Assembly (NCBI GenBank): GCA_041917655.1
Contig: JAYRXC010000003.1
Coordinates: 70,264 to 134,263 of the forward strand
Length of the DNA stretch: 64,000 bases
Direction: 5' to 3'
Source of the DNA: Ignavibacteria bacterium
GTDB lineage: Bacteria > Bacteroidota > Ignavibacteria > Tepidaquicellales > OLB5
Part shown: in pieces, positions 26,536-37,013 of the stretch
Layout of the letters: each line of letters begins with the position of its first letter
Numbering within the stretch: position 1 is the first letter of the stretch
Notes under the pieces: generated by a model
Seen by the model: the letters and a program-made list of their open reading frames with translations, nothing else
Told to the model about the DNA's origin: nothing
Database searches by the model: none
Position numbers and translations under genes: made by a program

Positions 26536-27660
26536 TTACTTCCAGTTTACCTCTTTGCAGTACTGCTTAATTGTATCCATAAGCAGCTTGTTCTCATCTT
26601 TTGTGCCGAGCGAGATCCTTGCTTCAGTGCGGAATGCATCTTCATCAAGGAATTTAATCCGGAGATTCCTGTCATCCAGATATTTTTTCAGCCCGGCGCG
26701 TATTTCTACCGGGATATCGACAAGCATGAAGTTGGCGTATGATTTGAAGGGAACAAACTCTCTAAGCTTAAGGAATTCCCTGTACATCATTTCTTTATCT
26801 TTTTCATACTGCTTGCCTACTTTGAGATACCATTTGATGTTATCAAGCGCAATTTCTCCAAGCTTTTCTGAAACCCTGTTGTATCCAAGGTAACGTGTGG
26901 TAAAGTTTATCAGCACATCCAGATTTTTGCCGGCGAATGCAAACCCGATTCGAAAACCTGCAAGCGCAAAGAATTTTGAAAATGTTCTGCAGATTATCAG
27001 GTTTGGGTATTCATCGATAAACGGCTTAACGTATGCGTTCTCGGTTGAGCCGAATCCCCAGTAAGCTTCATCGATCATCGTAATTGTATCCTTTGTAGCG
27101 TCAAGGAATCTCTTCAGGTCTTTGGAATCTATCCTGTTGCCTGTCGGATTGTTCGGTGAAGCTATTACAACAACCTTGGGCTTGGTATCATTGTAGATCT
27201 GTATCATCGTATCTATATCATACAGGTAATAGGGAATGCCGTCTTCGGTTCCTTTTTTCATTGGATACTCAACATTTGTACCGCCGCGTTCTGAAGCAAC
27301 CTTTTTATAATACCACCATGCTTCACGGGGTATCAGGATCTTATCACCCGGATTAACATAACAGTGAATGATCTGTTTCAGCAGGTCTTCGCTGCCATAG
27401 CTTAGCAGCACATGTTTTTCATCAAAACCATAATCATCGGCTATCCTTTTCGATAGTGCCGACTTGATCCCCTTCTGGAAATCGCGGGAATACCATGAAA
27501 GATACTCCATATCAACTTTTTTGAGGAACTTGTAAACCTCCGGCACCGGGCCTGTCTGCGATTCGTTCCTGTCAAGGAACAGCGGTTCTTTAGGGAACTT
27601 TGATTTTGAAGATTTCTGCTTTTTTATGGATGATTTTTTAGACTTTTTTTCTTTTGCCAT
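26536..27660 (-). CDS. Class I/II PLP-dependent aminotransferase, HisC/CobD-like, with a Lys/Ser-rich N-terminal tail
   Basis: LDRNESQTGP, SPNNPTGN and the PLP-lysine block RTFSKFFALAGFRIGF. The start lies 1 nt after the pgk stop. Confidence 0.85.
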   Translation of the reverse strand: MAKEKKSKKSSIKKQKSSKSKFPKEPLFLDRNESQTGPVPEVYKFLKKVDMEYLSWYSRDFQKGIKSALSKRIADDYGFDEKHVLLSYGSEDLLKQIIHCYVNPGDKILIPREAWWYYKKVASERGGTNVEYPMKKGTEDGIPYYLYDIDTMIQIYNDTKPKVVVIASPNNPTGNRIDSKDLKRFLDATKDTITMIDEAYWGFGSTENAYVKPFIDEYPNLIICRTFSKFFALAGFRIGFAFAGKNLDVLINFTTRYLGYNRVSEKLGEIALDNIKWYLKVGKQYEKDKEMMYREFLKLREFVPFKSYANFMLVDIPVEIRAGLKKYLDDRNLRIKFLDEDAFRTEARISLGTKDENKLLMDTIKQYCKEVNWK

Positions 27661-27661
27661 T

Positions 27662-28867
27662 TTATTTGTTATTTAATGCCTCAACACCGGGAAGCGTTTT
27701 GCCTTCAAGGAATTCAAGGCTTGCGCCGCCGCCTGTGCTTACGTGGCTAACCTGTTTTTCGAGGCCGGCTTTGGCAATTGCCGCAGCTGAATCCCCGCCA
27801 CCTATAACCGTAACTGCGCCTTTTTTAGTTGCTTCCGCAAGAGCCGAAGCAACTTCGAATGTACCCTTTGCAAAGTTATCCATTTCAAACACACCCATAG
27901 GGCCGTTCCAAACGATGGTTTTAGCTTTAAGCAATTCATCCCTGAATAGCTTAATTGTTTCAGGGCCGATATCCATCCCTATCATATCTGCCGGGATTGC
28001 ATCTGCTTTATACGTGCTGAACTTTGCGCTGTTCTCGAACTTATCGGCGCAAACAACATCAACCGGCAGCATCAGCTTTGTGCCGGCTTCTGCAATAAGC
28101 TCTTTTGCCAGCTCTATCTTATCTTCTTCAAGCAATGACTTGCCGATCTCATATCCCATAGCTTTATAGAATGTAAATATCATTCCCCCGCCTACCAGTA
28201 TCTTATCGGCTTTGCCAAGCAGGTTCTTAATTACATCTATCTTTCCGGATATCTTACTTCCGCCCAAAATGGCAGCATAAGGATGTTCGGGGTTTGCTAT
28301 TGCCTTCGATAAGTACGCCAGTTCCTTTTCCATCAGGTAACCGGCAGCGCATGTTTTGATGTACTTCGTTACACCTTCAGTGGAAGCATGCGCGCGGTGC
28401 GCGGTTCCGAATGCATCGTTAATATAGATATCACCGTAAGATGCAAGCTTTTTTGCGAATTCAGGATTGTTCTTTTCCTCTTCATTATAGAATCTCAGGT
28501 TCTCAAGCAGCAGAATATCGCCATCCTGCAGATCGTTTACTATAGCTTCGGTGCTTTCCCCGATGCAGTCATCCGCGAACAATACAGGCTTATCGAGCAA
28601 TTCCGAAAGGTGCATAGCTATTGGCCTGAGGGAATACTTCATGTTCTTTTCGCCTTTTGGCCTGCCCATGTGGCTCATCAAGATCAGCTTGCCGCCTTCA
28701 CTTGTTATCTTTTTTATGGTAGGAAGAGATTCTACAATCCTTTTATCGTCTGTTATTTGCCCTTCATTTTCCTTTGACATCGGCACATTAAAATCGACCC
28801 TGACCAAAACCCTTTTGGATTTCAGACCGCCTGATGCTGCAAGATCCTCAATTGTTAATTTGTTCAT
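27662..28867 (-). CDS. pgk: Phosphoglycerate kinase
   Basis: [24 protein letters not shown] and [11 protein letters not shown] prefer the Met at 28867 (MNKLTIEDL) to the track start at 28906. Confidence 0.95.
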   Translation of the reverse strand: MNKLTIEDLAASGGLKSKRVLVRVDFNVPMSKENEGQITDDKRIVESLPTIKKITSEGGKLILMSHMGRPKGEKNMKYSLRPIAMHLSELLDKPVLFADDCIGESTEAIVNDLQDGDILLLENLRFYNEEEKNNPEFAKKLASYGDIYINDAFGTAHRAHASTEGVTKYIKTCAAGYLMEKELAYLSKAIANPEHPYAAILGGSKISGKIDVIKNLLGKADKILVGGGMIFTFYKAMGYEIGKSLLEEDKIELAKELIAEAGTKLMLPVDVVCADKFENSAKFSTYKADAIPADMIGMDIGPETIKLFRDELLKAKTIVWNGPMGVFEMDNFAKGTFEVASALAEATKKGAVTVIGGGDSAAAIAKAGLEKQVSHVSTGGGASLEFLEGKTLPGVEALNNK

Positions 28868-28997
28868 ATTTGTATTAGTCAGCCGCACTGCGGCTTTGCT
28901 TTTCATTCATAATTACAGCCCACGGCTTAAAGCCATGGGCTGTTTAATAATTTGTCGAAATGTCACCTTATCACAGATTCCCTAACCGGCGAATATA

Positions 28998-30137
<1,140 letters not shown>

Positions 30138-30198
30138 TCAGTCTGTTAGAGCTAAATAAGATAAACACGGACTGTGTTTTTTATGTACGTAATAATAA

Positions 30199-30227
30199 AA
30201 AAGGGACTTTTTACGGAAGTCCCTTTA
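30199..30227 (-). terminator. Rho-independent terminator for gene 30249-30608
   Basis: GGGACTT/AAGTCCC stem. On the minus strand it is followed by TTTTTATTATT. Confidence 0.6.
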
Positions 30228-30248
30228 TAAACCCAAACTGCTAAAAAT

Positions 30249-30608
30249 TTACTCCATTGCAGAATAAGTGCCGTCTGCATTCAGAATCAGTGTATGCAGC
30301 TTGCATGCATCCATACCCGTAAAAGTTATGTAATTTCCTTCCAAATCTGTTATTTTCATGTCGAAAAGACAGGTTGAGCCGTAATCAGCGGGAATATCAA
30401 CTCTTACAGATGTGCTTGCTTCGAAAAGGTCATTGGGAAGAATATCATTTCCCCAATTCGTGGTTTCCGAAGGAGTAACGTAGATGTTGTTAAGTGTAAC
30501 GCCTGTATTGTTTGTTACAAAGAAATACAAAGCCTGTGAATAACTGCTTGTTTCTGCAAACATAAAGCTCACAACCAAGAACGATACAGCAAGAAGAATC
30601 TTTTTCAT
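30249..30608 (-). CDS. Small secreted hypothetical protein
   Basis: Signal peptide MKKILLAVSFLVVSFMFA. No recognisable motif. Confidence 0.55.
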   Translation of the reverse strand: MKKILLAVSFLVVSFMFAETSSYSQALYFFVTNNTGVTLNNIYVTPSETTNWGNDILPNDLFEASTSVRVDIPADYGSTCLFDMKITDLEGNYITFTGMDACKLHTLILNADGTYSAME

Positions 30609-30763
30609 TATATATATGTTTTAGTTAATAATAATGAGCAAAGATATACATTTTAACATCATTCTCCAAAAGGTAAATCGTAAAATAGTGTAAACCAGTA
30701 CCTTAATAATATTTGTTTGATTATTTGAAAGATTTTCCTATTTTGCAATAAAGATCGTACACT

Positions 30764-31327
30764 GTGAAAACTGCCTTTTACATAATGTTTTTTTCTATTG
30801 TCTTCTTACTTGTGGAAACAAGCCTGAGGGCGCAATGCCGCCTTGGTGAAGAAGATACCGGTGTATACAAGCAGATGCAGTTCAGCATGCAAAACGGTCT
30901 ATATGGTGATGCCAAGATCCGTGCGAAAGTTTTGATAACAAAGTACGGGAATTCCTGCCCGGAGCTTTATTACGATGCGGGATGGTTAAGCTATATGACC
31001 GAATCATGGTGGGATACCATAGAATTTATGCGCCTCGCCCTCAGGACTCTCGATTTCAGCAACCAGAGACTCCTGTTTGCCTATGCCGCGGTTGGAATTG
31101 CGTATTACAATGTTGATTACAGTACCGAATCGATTACGTATCTGGACAAGGCCATATCACTTGACCCCAAAGCTGACTACTATAAATACCGGGGATTAGC
31201 ATATTACAAGCTTGAAGATTACAATTCCGCACTGGCTGATTTCCAGGAAGCGAAAAAACTGGGATCAGAGTTCAACTCCTCTGAATCCGATATTTTCTGG
31301 GATGCAGCCGCAAAAATAAAGCAATAG
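30764..31327 (+). CDS. Secreted TPR-repeat protein
   Basis: GTG start and a signal peptide. TPR-like repeats (AIGIAYYNVDYSTESITYLDKAISLDP, YRGLAYYKLEDYNSALADFQEAKKL). Confidence 0.7.
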   Translation: MKTAFYIMFFSIVFLLVETSLRAQCRLGEEDTGVYKQMQFSMQNGLYGDAKIRAKVLITKYGNSCPELYYDAGWLSYMTESWWDTIEFMRLALRTLDFSNQRLLFAYAAVGIAYYNVDYSTESITYLDKAISLDPKADYYKYRGLAYYKLEDYNSALADFQEAKKLGSEFNSSESDIFWDAAAKIKQ

Positions 31328-31581
31328 TTATTCAATAATAGACATCAAAAATACACTTTCATAACCTATTTCAACCAGTTTATTGACTAAATCTCAAAAT
31401 TTCCAAAAACCATGACATAGAACATTGATATTAGTGACCTATATGGGTATATTTGCATATAACTTTAAGAGGAATTGTGAGTTTTTGAGCCTTTTTGCCT
31501 CGAAAATCACTGAAAACCATGTAAAAACAAGCAAATTCTATCAAAATCTGATAACTTTTAATAAGGAGATTTTCGGCATTT

Positions 31582-32145
31582 ATGGGTTCAACTTCTGATT
31601 TACGCAACGGATTAGTAATTAAGTATAACGGTGAGCTTCACGTGATTATCAAATGGGAACACCGCACACCCGGCAACCTTCGAGCCTTTTACCAGGTAAA
31701 AATGAAAAATCTTAAGAACGGCAAAACGATCGAGAATCGTTTCCGTTCAGGTGAAGAGATCGATATAGTAAGGATGGAGACCAGAAATTTCCAGTATCTG
31801 TATCATGATGGATCGGGATATGTTTTCATGGATAATGATAACTATGACCAGGTTTCAATTCCGGATGATATAGTTGGCGAGCAGGCCCTGTTCATGAAAG
31901 AAAGCGAGAATGTTCAGATAATGTTCGACGGTGAAAAACCTGTTACGGTTGAAATTCCCCCGCACGTAGAGCTGAAAGTTGTTGAGGCTCCCCCGGGAAA
32001 TAAAGGCGATACGGCTACCGGAGGCACAAAACCAGTTAAAGTTGAAACAGGCGCAACAGTAAACGCGCCTATGTTCATTAGCGAAGGCGATATAATTAAA
32101 GTGGATACCCGTAACTCTGCGTACCTGGAAAGAGTAAAGAAGTAA
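31582..32145 (+). CDS. efp: Translation elongation factor P
   Basis: DLRNG..I..NGE........HR.PGN..AF.Q.K.KNL..G, and 187 aa in length. Confidence 0.95.
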   Translation: MGSTSDLRNGLVIKYNGELHVIIKWEHRTPGNLRAFYQVKMKNLKNGKTIENRFRSGEEIDIVRMETRNFQYLYHDGSGYVFMDNDNYDQVSIPDDIVGEQALFMKESENVQIMFDGEKPVTVEIPPHVELKVVEAPPGNKGDTATGGTKPVKVETGATVNAPMFISEGDIIKVDTRNSAYLERVKK

Positions 32146-32274
32146 TATAGTAAGCTTGGGTATTTTTCAGCGCCCCTGATTAGCGGACACTGAAAAAAAC
32201 AAACAAACAATATTTCCAGACAATAATGTCAATAATATCCACAATCTATAACGAGGTAAGGATAAACAAAGAAA

Positions 32275-32796
32275 ATGAAAACTGATCTAAACTACATCAA
32301 AAAGTTGTTAAAGATCCTTGAAACCGGAGAGATCAATGAAATTGAGATCGAAGAAGAAGGCACAAGGGTAAGAGTGGTAAAAAGCAAAGCCCCCGAGGCA
32401 CAAGCTGCTCCGCAGGTTATTACCTACAGCGCGCCGCCGCAGGTAATTGCACCTCAGCAGAGCGCACCGGCAGCCCCTGCACCGCAGGCACCGGCTCCGC
32501 AGCCAAAAGCTGAAGAGAAAAAAGAAGTTCCCGCAGCTCCCCCGGGCAAAGATCTTATTGAGGTTCGTTCACCAATTGTCGGCACATTCTACAGGGCTCC
32601 TTCACCTAACGCCGACCCGTATGTCCAGATCGGACAGCAGGTATCCAAGGGAAATGTTTTGTGCATTATCGAAGCAATGAAGCTCATGAATGAGATCGAG
32701 TGTGAATTCGAAGGCAAGATAGTAAAAATGATGGTAGAAAATGCTCAGCCTGTTGAATATAACCAGGTTCTTTTCCTGATAGAACCAAATAACTGA
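32275..32796 (+). CDS. accB: Acetyl-CoA carboxylase biotin carboxyl carrier protein
   Basis: Pro/Ala linker. Biotinyl-lysine motif [11 protein letters not shown]. Confidence 0.9.
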   Translation: MKTDLNYIKKLLKILETGEINEIEIEEEGTRVRVVKSKAPEAQAAPQVITYSAPPQVIAPQQSAPAAPAPQAPAPQPKAEEKKEVPAAPPGKDLIEVRSPIVGTFYRAPSPNADPYVQIGQQVSKGNVLCIIEAMKLMNEIECEFEGKIVKMMVENAQPVEYNQVLFLIEPNN

Positions 32797-32826
32797 TCCG
32801 GCTTTTTAACCTAAGGTAACCAGAAA

Positions 32827-34164
32827 TTGTTAAAGAAAATATTAATAGCAAACAGGGGCGAAATTGCCCTGAGAATAATTCGAACCTGCCGGGATATGGG
32901 CATCAAAACAGTTGCCGTGTATTCCGAAGCAGACAAGGAATCTCTGCATGTGAAATTTGCCGATGAAGCGGTTTGTATAGGTCCGCCGCCTTCAAGAGAA
33001 AGCTACCTGAGTATCCCGAGAATAATAGCAGCTGCCGAAATAACCAACGCAGACGCAATTCACCCGGGTTACGGCTTTTTGGCAGAAAATGCCGAGTTTT
33101 CGGAAATTTGCAGTGAATCTGAAATAAAATTTATCGGACCATCACCCCAGATGATACGCTCAATGGGTGACAAGGCTTACGCTAAAGATACAATGAAAAA
33201 AGCCGGCGTACCGGTTGTACCGGGCAGCGACGGTGTTATCGCAACATCTGAAGAAGCAAAAAAGATCGCAGCAGAATTTGGCTACCCCGTACTTATCAAA
33301 GCTTCCGCAGGAGGCGGCGGTAAAGGTATGAGGATAGTACACGAAGAAAGCGAGCTTGATAATGCTTTCACTATGGCTACCAACGAAGCGCTGAATGCAT
33401 TTGGAAACGGTGAAGTTTATGTTGAAAAATTTGTTGAAAATCCGCGCCACATAGAAATACAGGTAATGGGCGACCAGTTCGGGAACGTTGTTCATTTGGG
33501 CGAACGTGACTGTTCTGTTCAGCGCAGGCACCAGAAGCTTATCGAGGAGACCCCTTCGCCGTTCATAACCGAAGAGATCCGCGAGGCAATGGGTGCTGCC
33601 GCTGTAAAGGGCGCTAAATCTGTTAACTATGAAGGCGCCGGCACAGTAGAATTTATTGTTGATAAGAACAAGAATTTCTACTTCATGGAAATGAATACAA
33701 GGATACAGGTTGAGCACCCCGTTACCGAACAGGTTACAGGCGTTGATCTAATCCGCGAACAGATCGCAGTTGCATCCGGCCTTAAGCTTAAAGTAAAAAA
33801 AGTTAAGCGCGAAGGGCACTCAATTGAGTGCAGGATAAATGCGGAAAATCCTGATAAGAATTTCGCTCCTTCACCGGGAAGGATCACATCATTCCATATG
33901 CCCGGAGGTATTGGCGTCCGTGTTGATACTCATGCTTATGCGAATTATTACATTCCACCGTACTATGACAGCATGATAGCTAAGCTTATCGTTACGGCTG
34001 ATAACCGCGAAGAAGCTATCAAGCGCATGTACAGGGCCCTTGATGAGTTCATTATCGAAGGTGTATTTACAACCATCCCCTTCCATAAAAAGGTTATGAA
34101 ACATGAGAAATTTATTGATAGCGACTATGACACCAGCTTTATCGAAAAGTACAAGCTGGCTTAG
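32827..34164 (+). CDS. accC: Acetyl-CoA carboxylase biotin carboxylase subunit
   Basis: [26 protein letters not shown] and [19 protein letters not shown] start. Confidence 0.95.
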   Translation: MLKKILIANRGEIALRIIRTCRDMGIKTVAVYSEADKESLHVKFADEAVCIGPPPSRESYLSIPRIIAAAEITNADAIHPGYGFLAENAEFSEICSESEIKFIGPSPQMIRSMGDKAYAKDTMKKAGVPVVPGSDGVIATSEEAKKIAAEFGYPVLIKASAGGGGKGMRIVHEESELDNAFTMATNEALNAFGNGEVYVEKFVENPRHIEIQVMGDQFGNVVHLGERDCSVQRRHQKLIEETPSPFITEEIREAMGAAAVKGAKSVNYEGAGTVEFIVDKNKNFYFMEMNTRIQVEHPVTEQVTGVDLIREQIAVASGLKLKVKKVKREGHSIECRINAENPDKNFAPSPGRITSFHMPGGIGVRVDTHAYANYYIPPYYDSMIAKLIVTADNREEAIKRMYRALDEFIIEGVFTTIPFHKKVMKHEKFIDSDYDTSFIEKYKLA

Positions 34165-34186
34165 AAGCCGCTTAGATTGAAGATAT

Positions 34187-34219
34187 AAAAAAGACGGGTT
34201 TGGGCCCGTCTTTTTTTTT
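34187..34219. terminator. Bidirectional rho-independent terminator (accC / rsfS)
   Basis: An A-run, the GACGGGT/GCCCGTC stem, then T9. Confidence 0.8.
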
Positions 34220-34300
34220 GCTAAACTCTCACTTTTTTGGGAAATCCTCTGTTTCTAAGAAAGTCAAACTCAGGTCAATCAATATCAAAAAAGATACAGA

Positions 34301-34774
34301 CTATTTTTTCCCTGATGTTTTTTTGGGTTTTGCTGGGGAGTTTTTTGCAGCCTTTACGGAAGATTTTTTCTCAGAGGATTTGGTTGTCAATTTCTTAACC
34401 GTTTTCGCAGCCGGTTTTTTTATTGGTTTCTCATCGCTTACTTCTGTGACTTCAGCATCACCCCATAATTTTTCAAGTGAGTAGAAGCTGCGTGTATCCC
34501 TCAGGAAAACATGTACAACCACATCCACAAAATCGAGCAGCACCCATGAACGCATGTTTGTGCCCTCTTTATGCCAAACCTGCTGGCCATCTTTTTTTGC
34601 GCCTTCAAGTATAGCGTCGGCAACAGCCTTTACCTGCGGCTCGGAGTGTGCAGTACAAATTACAAAGAAGTCTGCAATAGTGGTAAGCTTCCTGAGGTCA
34701 AGTACTTTGATGTCATCGGCTTTTTTTGATAACGCAAATTCTGCTAAAGCAAAAGCTAATTTTTCTGAATCCAA
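34301..34774 (-). CDS. rsfS: Ribosome silencing factor RsfS with a Lys-rich, histone-H1-like C-terminal tail
   Basis: DIKVLDLRKLTTIADFFVICTAHSEPQVKAVADAI and LLDF.DVVVHVF. The tail reads KPIKKPAAKTVKKLTTKSSEKKSSVKAAKNSPAKPKKTSGKK. Confidence 0.85.
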   Translation of the reverse strand: MDSEKLAFALAEFALSKKADDIKVLDLRKLTTIADFFVICTAHSEPQVKAVADAILEGAKKDGQQVWHKEGTNMRSWVLLDFVDVVVHVFLRDTRSFYSLEKLWGDAEVTEVSDEKPIKKPAAKTVKKLTTKSSEKKSSVKAAKNSPAKPKKTSGKK

Positions 34775-34815
34775 ATTGTATAGTCTTTCTATATCGTTAT
34801 AATATGTTTTATGAT

Positions 34816-35331
34816 TTACGGTTTCGTTTGTGTTTCCGTTTGATGCCTGAAAGGCAGCAGCTCTTCATAATCTTTGCCGATCACAACTGTTGCATCAAGG
34901 AAATAATTCTTGTTCATCTGCTGAATAACGAATTTATCGGCAACTCCAAGCGACTGGGCAACGCGTTTGGCATTTTTCATGTTTCCCGCCCTGTCAATAA
35001 CCATCGTGGTTTTAATATCCTGTGTGGAAAAGTTGCCCATTTCAACTACATCGAAGCCTTTGGAGCGAAGGTACTCGGTAAACCTGTCAGCAATACCCGA
35101 AACACCGCAGCCGTTTTGCACATCAATTTGCAATGTACCGCCTGAAGGCTGTTTGGTCAGATAAGTCGTTGAATCAACGACCTGTGTCTTTACATCAGTT
35201 TGCTCGGTTGTAAGGCGCTTAAACAGATTATAGAAAAGATAAATAGTTATAACTGCAAGCAGAACAATTAATATGTTAATGGAATAATTGCGGAACTTGC
35301 TTACAAATTCGCCTGAATTTGCTGATGACAT
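34816..35331 (-). CDS. LytR_C domain-containing membrane-anchored protein
   Basis: N-terminal TM helix. NGCGVSGIADRFTEYLRSKGFDVVEMGN resembles the LytR C-terminal domain. Confidence 0.65.
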   Translation of the reverse strand: MSSANSGEFVSKFRNYSINILIVLLAVITIYLFYNLFKRLTTEQTDVKTQVVDSTTYLTKQPSGGTLQIDVQNGCGVSGIADRFTEYLRSKGFDVVEMGNFSTQDIKTTMVIDRAGNMKNAKRVAQSLGVADKFVIQQMNKNYFLDATVVIGKDYEELLPFRHQTETQTKP

Positions 35332-35826
35332 TTAATAGTTTCTACCGTAGAATCTGTTATAATAATTATTATCGTAATAATTGTAAAGATTATTACTATT
35401 GTTGTAATAATCAATGCTTATATAAGTATTCTTAAACGGCTGGTAATCCAGTGAAACACGGCTCAGGTTTATCCCATTAAACGAGTTCTGGAATTCTCTG
35501 TTTATTGCAGGATTGTTCGATCCGATTGAAGCATATGGTGAATATTGCATAGTAACATCAGCGCTGATATTCAAATTTTTCAGTATCCTGTAATCCAGGG
35601 TAGCGGTATAAGAAGCCAGGCTGACTGATGAATTTCCGCCTGTCTGAACTGACATATTAATAGAATGAGTCAAAGTAAAATTCTTCGGATTAATAAAACC
35701 CAGAATAAGCCCGTTGCCATTTGATTTCAGCTTGGTCTTTGTCTTACTCGGAATTTCCTTGAACTGGGAAAAGGAAATAGATGTAACCAGGGCTAAGAGT
35801 ACTGCTATTAATGTTATTTTTCTCAT
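35332..35826 (-). CDS. Secreted hypothetical protein (possible small beta-barrel) with a Tyr/Asn-rich C-terminus
   Basis: Signal peptide MRKITLIAVLLALVTSISFSQ. Alternating-polarity strands. Its stop abuts the next gene's start. Confidence 0.5.
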   Translation of the reverse strand: MRKITLIAVLLALVTSISFSQFKEIPSKTKTKLKSNGNGLILGFINPKNFTLTHSINMSVQTGGNSSVSLASYTATLDYRILKNLNISADVTMQYSPYASIGSNNPAINREFQNSFNGINLSRVSLDYQPFKNTYISIDYYNNSNNLYNYYDNNYYNRFYGRNY

Positions 35827-36299
35827 TTTTATTGCTGATTTGCTCACAGAATAGCAAATAATGGTTATTAAATCAACTGATTTTGGCAACTACAAATGTA
35901 ACAAATTGTTATGGCTATTCGTTTCACTTTTCCCTTTTAATGGTTCAAAACGAAAGTATTGATTCATTCCGCTTTACATAAAGAAAGGAGCCCCCAAAAC
36001 TAGGCTCCTTCTTCACTGCATTTGAATCTCCCGGAAAAAAATCTAATTACATTTGGGGGTAATTATTCAATTAACTGAATCCCTCGGAGATAACACCTGC
36101 ATTATGCTGCTATTTTTTTTCTTCTTATACAAAGATATACTAATGTTTAACAGAGGCAAAATCATAATTTAGTGAATTTCATAAGTCAAACTGATGAACG
36201 AATTGAAGAAAAAAGAAGAAAAAAGCTCATTTTCGGATCAATTTGCAATAAATCAAATCGGATAAAGGTTGCAAACATAATAAGTTGAACAGCCCTGAA

Positions 36300-36686
36300 T
36301 CACCTGCCCTGCTGCATTAAAATGAACTTTTCACAGTGCTGAATACCAGTGCCGTCAATTGCTTCAAGAGTACATAGATACTTTTGTTCATTATGGCTGC
36401 TGCTTTCCGGCCTGTTAGGAGTCTTAAAAATAACGCCATTTTCACCTATACCCATTTCTCCTTCAACCAAAAGCGTTACAGCCCCAGACTGCTCGTTAGT
36501 TACAAACAGCCTCACAAAGCAATCAGAGTTCACTTTAAACCGAATGGTTGTAATTTCTTCAAACGGATCGGGAGTATTCTGTAGGAGGGTGCAAAGTTCA
36601 GCAGAAGGTTCAGTTTGCCCAAATAAACATTCATTCATGTACAATACTGAAATACCGAGAATGACCAAAACAATTAGCTTTTTCAT
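36300..36686 (-). CDS. Signal peptide plus a T9SS-CTD/FlgD-Ig-like domain only (no cargo domain)
   Basis: MKKLIVLVILGISVLYMNECLFGQ, followed almost at once by LLQNTPDPFEEITTIRFKVNSDCFVRLFVTNEQSGAVTLLV, which follows the Q-N-x-P-(N/D)-P-F...T-x-I-x-F CTD pattern. Confidence 0.5.
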   Translation of the reverse strand: MKKLIVLVILGISVLYMNECLFGQTEPSAELCTLLQNTPDPFEEITTIRFKVNSDCFVRLFVTNEQSGAVTLLVEGEMGIGENGVIFKTPNRPESSSHNEQKYLCTLEAIDGTGIQHCEKFILMQQGR

Positions 36687-37013
36687 AACTGATTAGAGTT
36701 TAGTTAATAATACTTGTGTATTTGGAAGTTTTTCTGGTCAGCTGTTAACACGCAATCACTTGGCACCCATGGAGAATGCTTCAATTTTTGAAGTTATTTG
36801 CCTGCTTCCCGGGCTGATTGACTGCAAAATATATCCGTGAATACAAGAATTTGCAGAACTATTCAATCATTGATAAACGAATATAATTCAACAAGACTGC
36901 TGTTCAAAATCATTATTTCCATAATTTCATAATTCAAACCTTTGATTCGGCTGTTTTATCCTGGCAAAAAAAGCTATTTTAGCAGAAATTACTTTGGGGA
37001 GAATAATAAATCG

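Noticed and set aside
27654-28169. 171-aa plus-strand ORF, together with similar long antisense ORFs at 33160-33717, 7904-8491, 8470-8949, 11824-12333, 16535-17002 and 28388-28985
   Set aside because: Each lies entirely antisense to a gene with unmistakable conserved motifs (pgk, accC, carbonic-anhydrase-like/mutS, MATE, paaD). Their translations are low-complexity Ser/Ala/Leu/Ile-rich strings typical of shadow ORFs.
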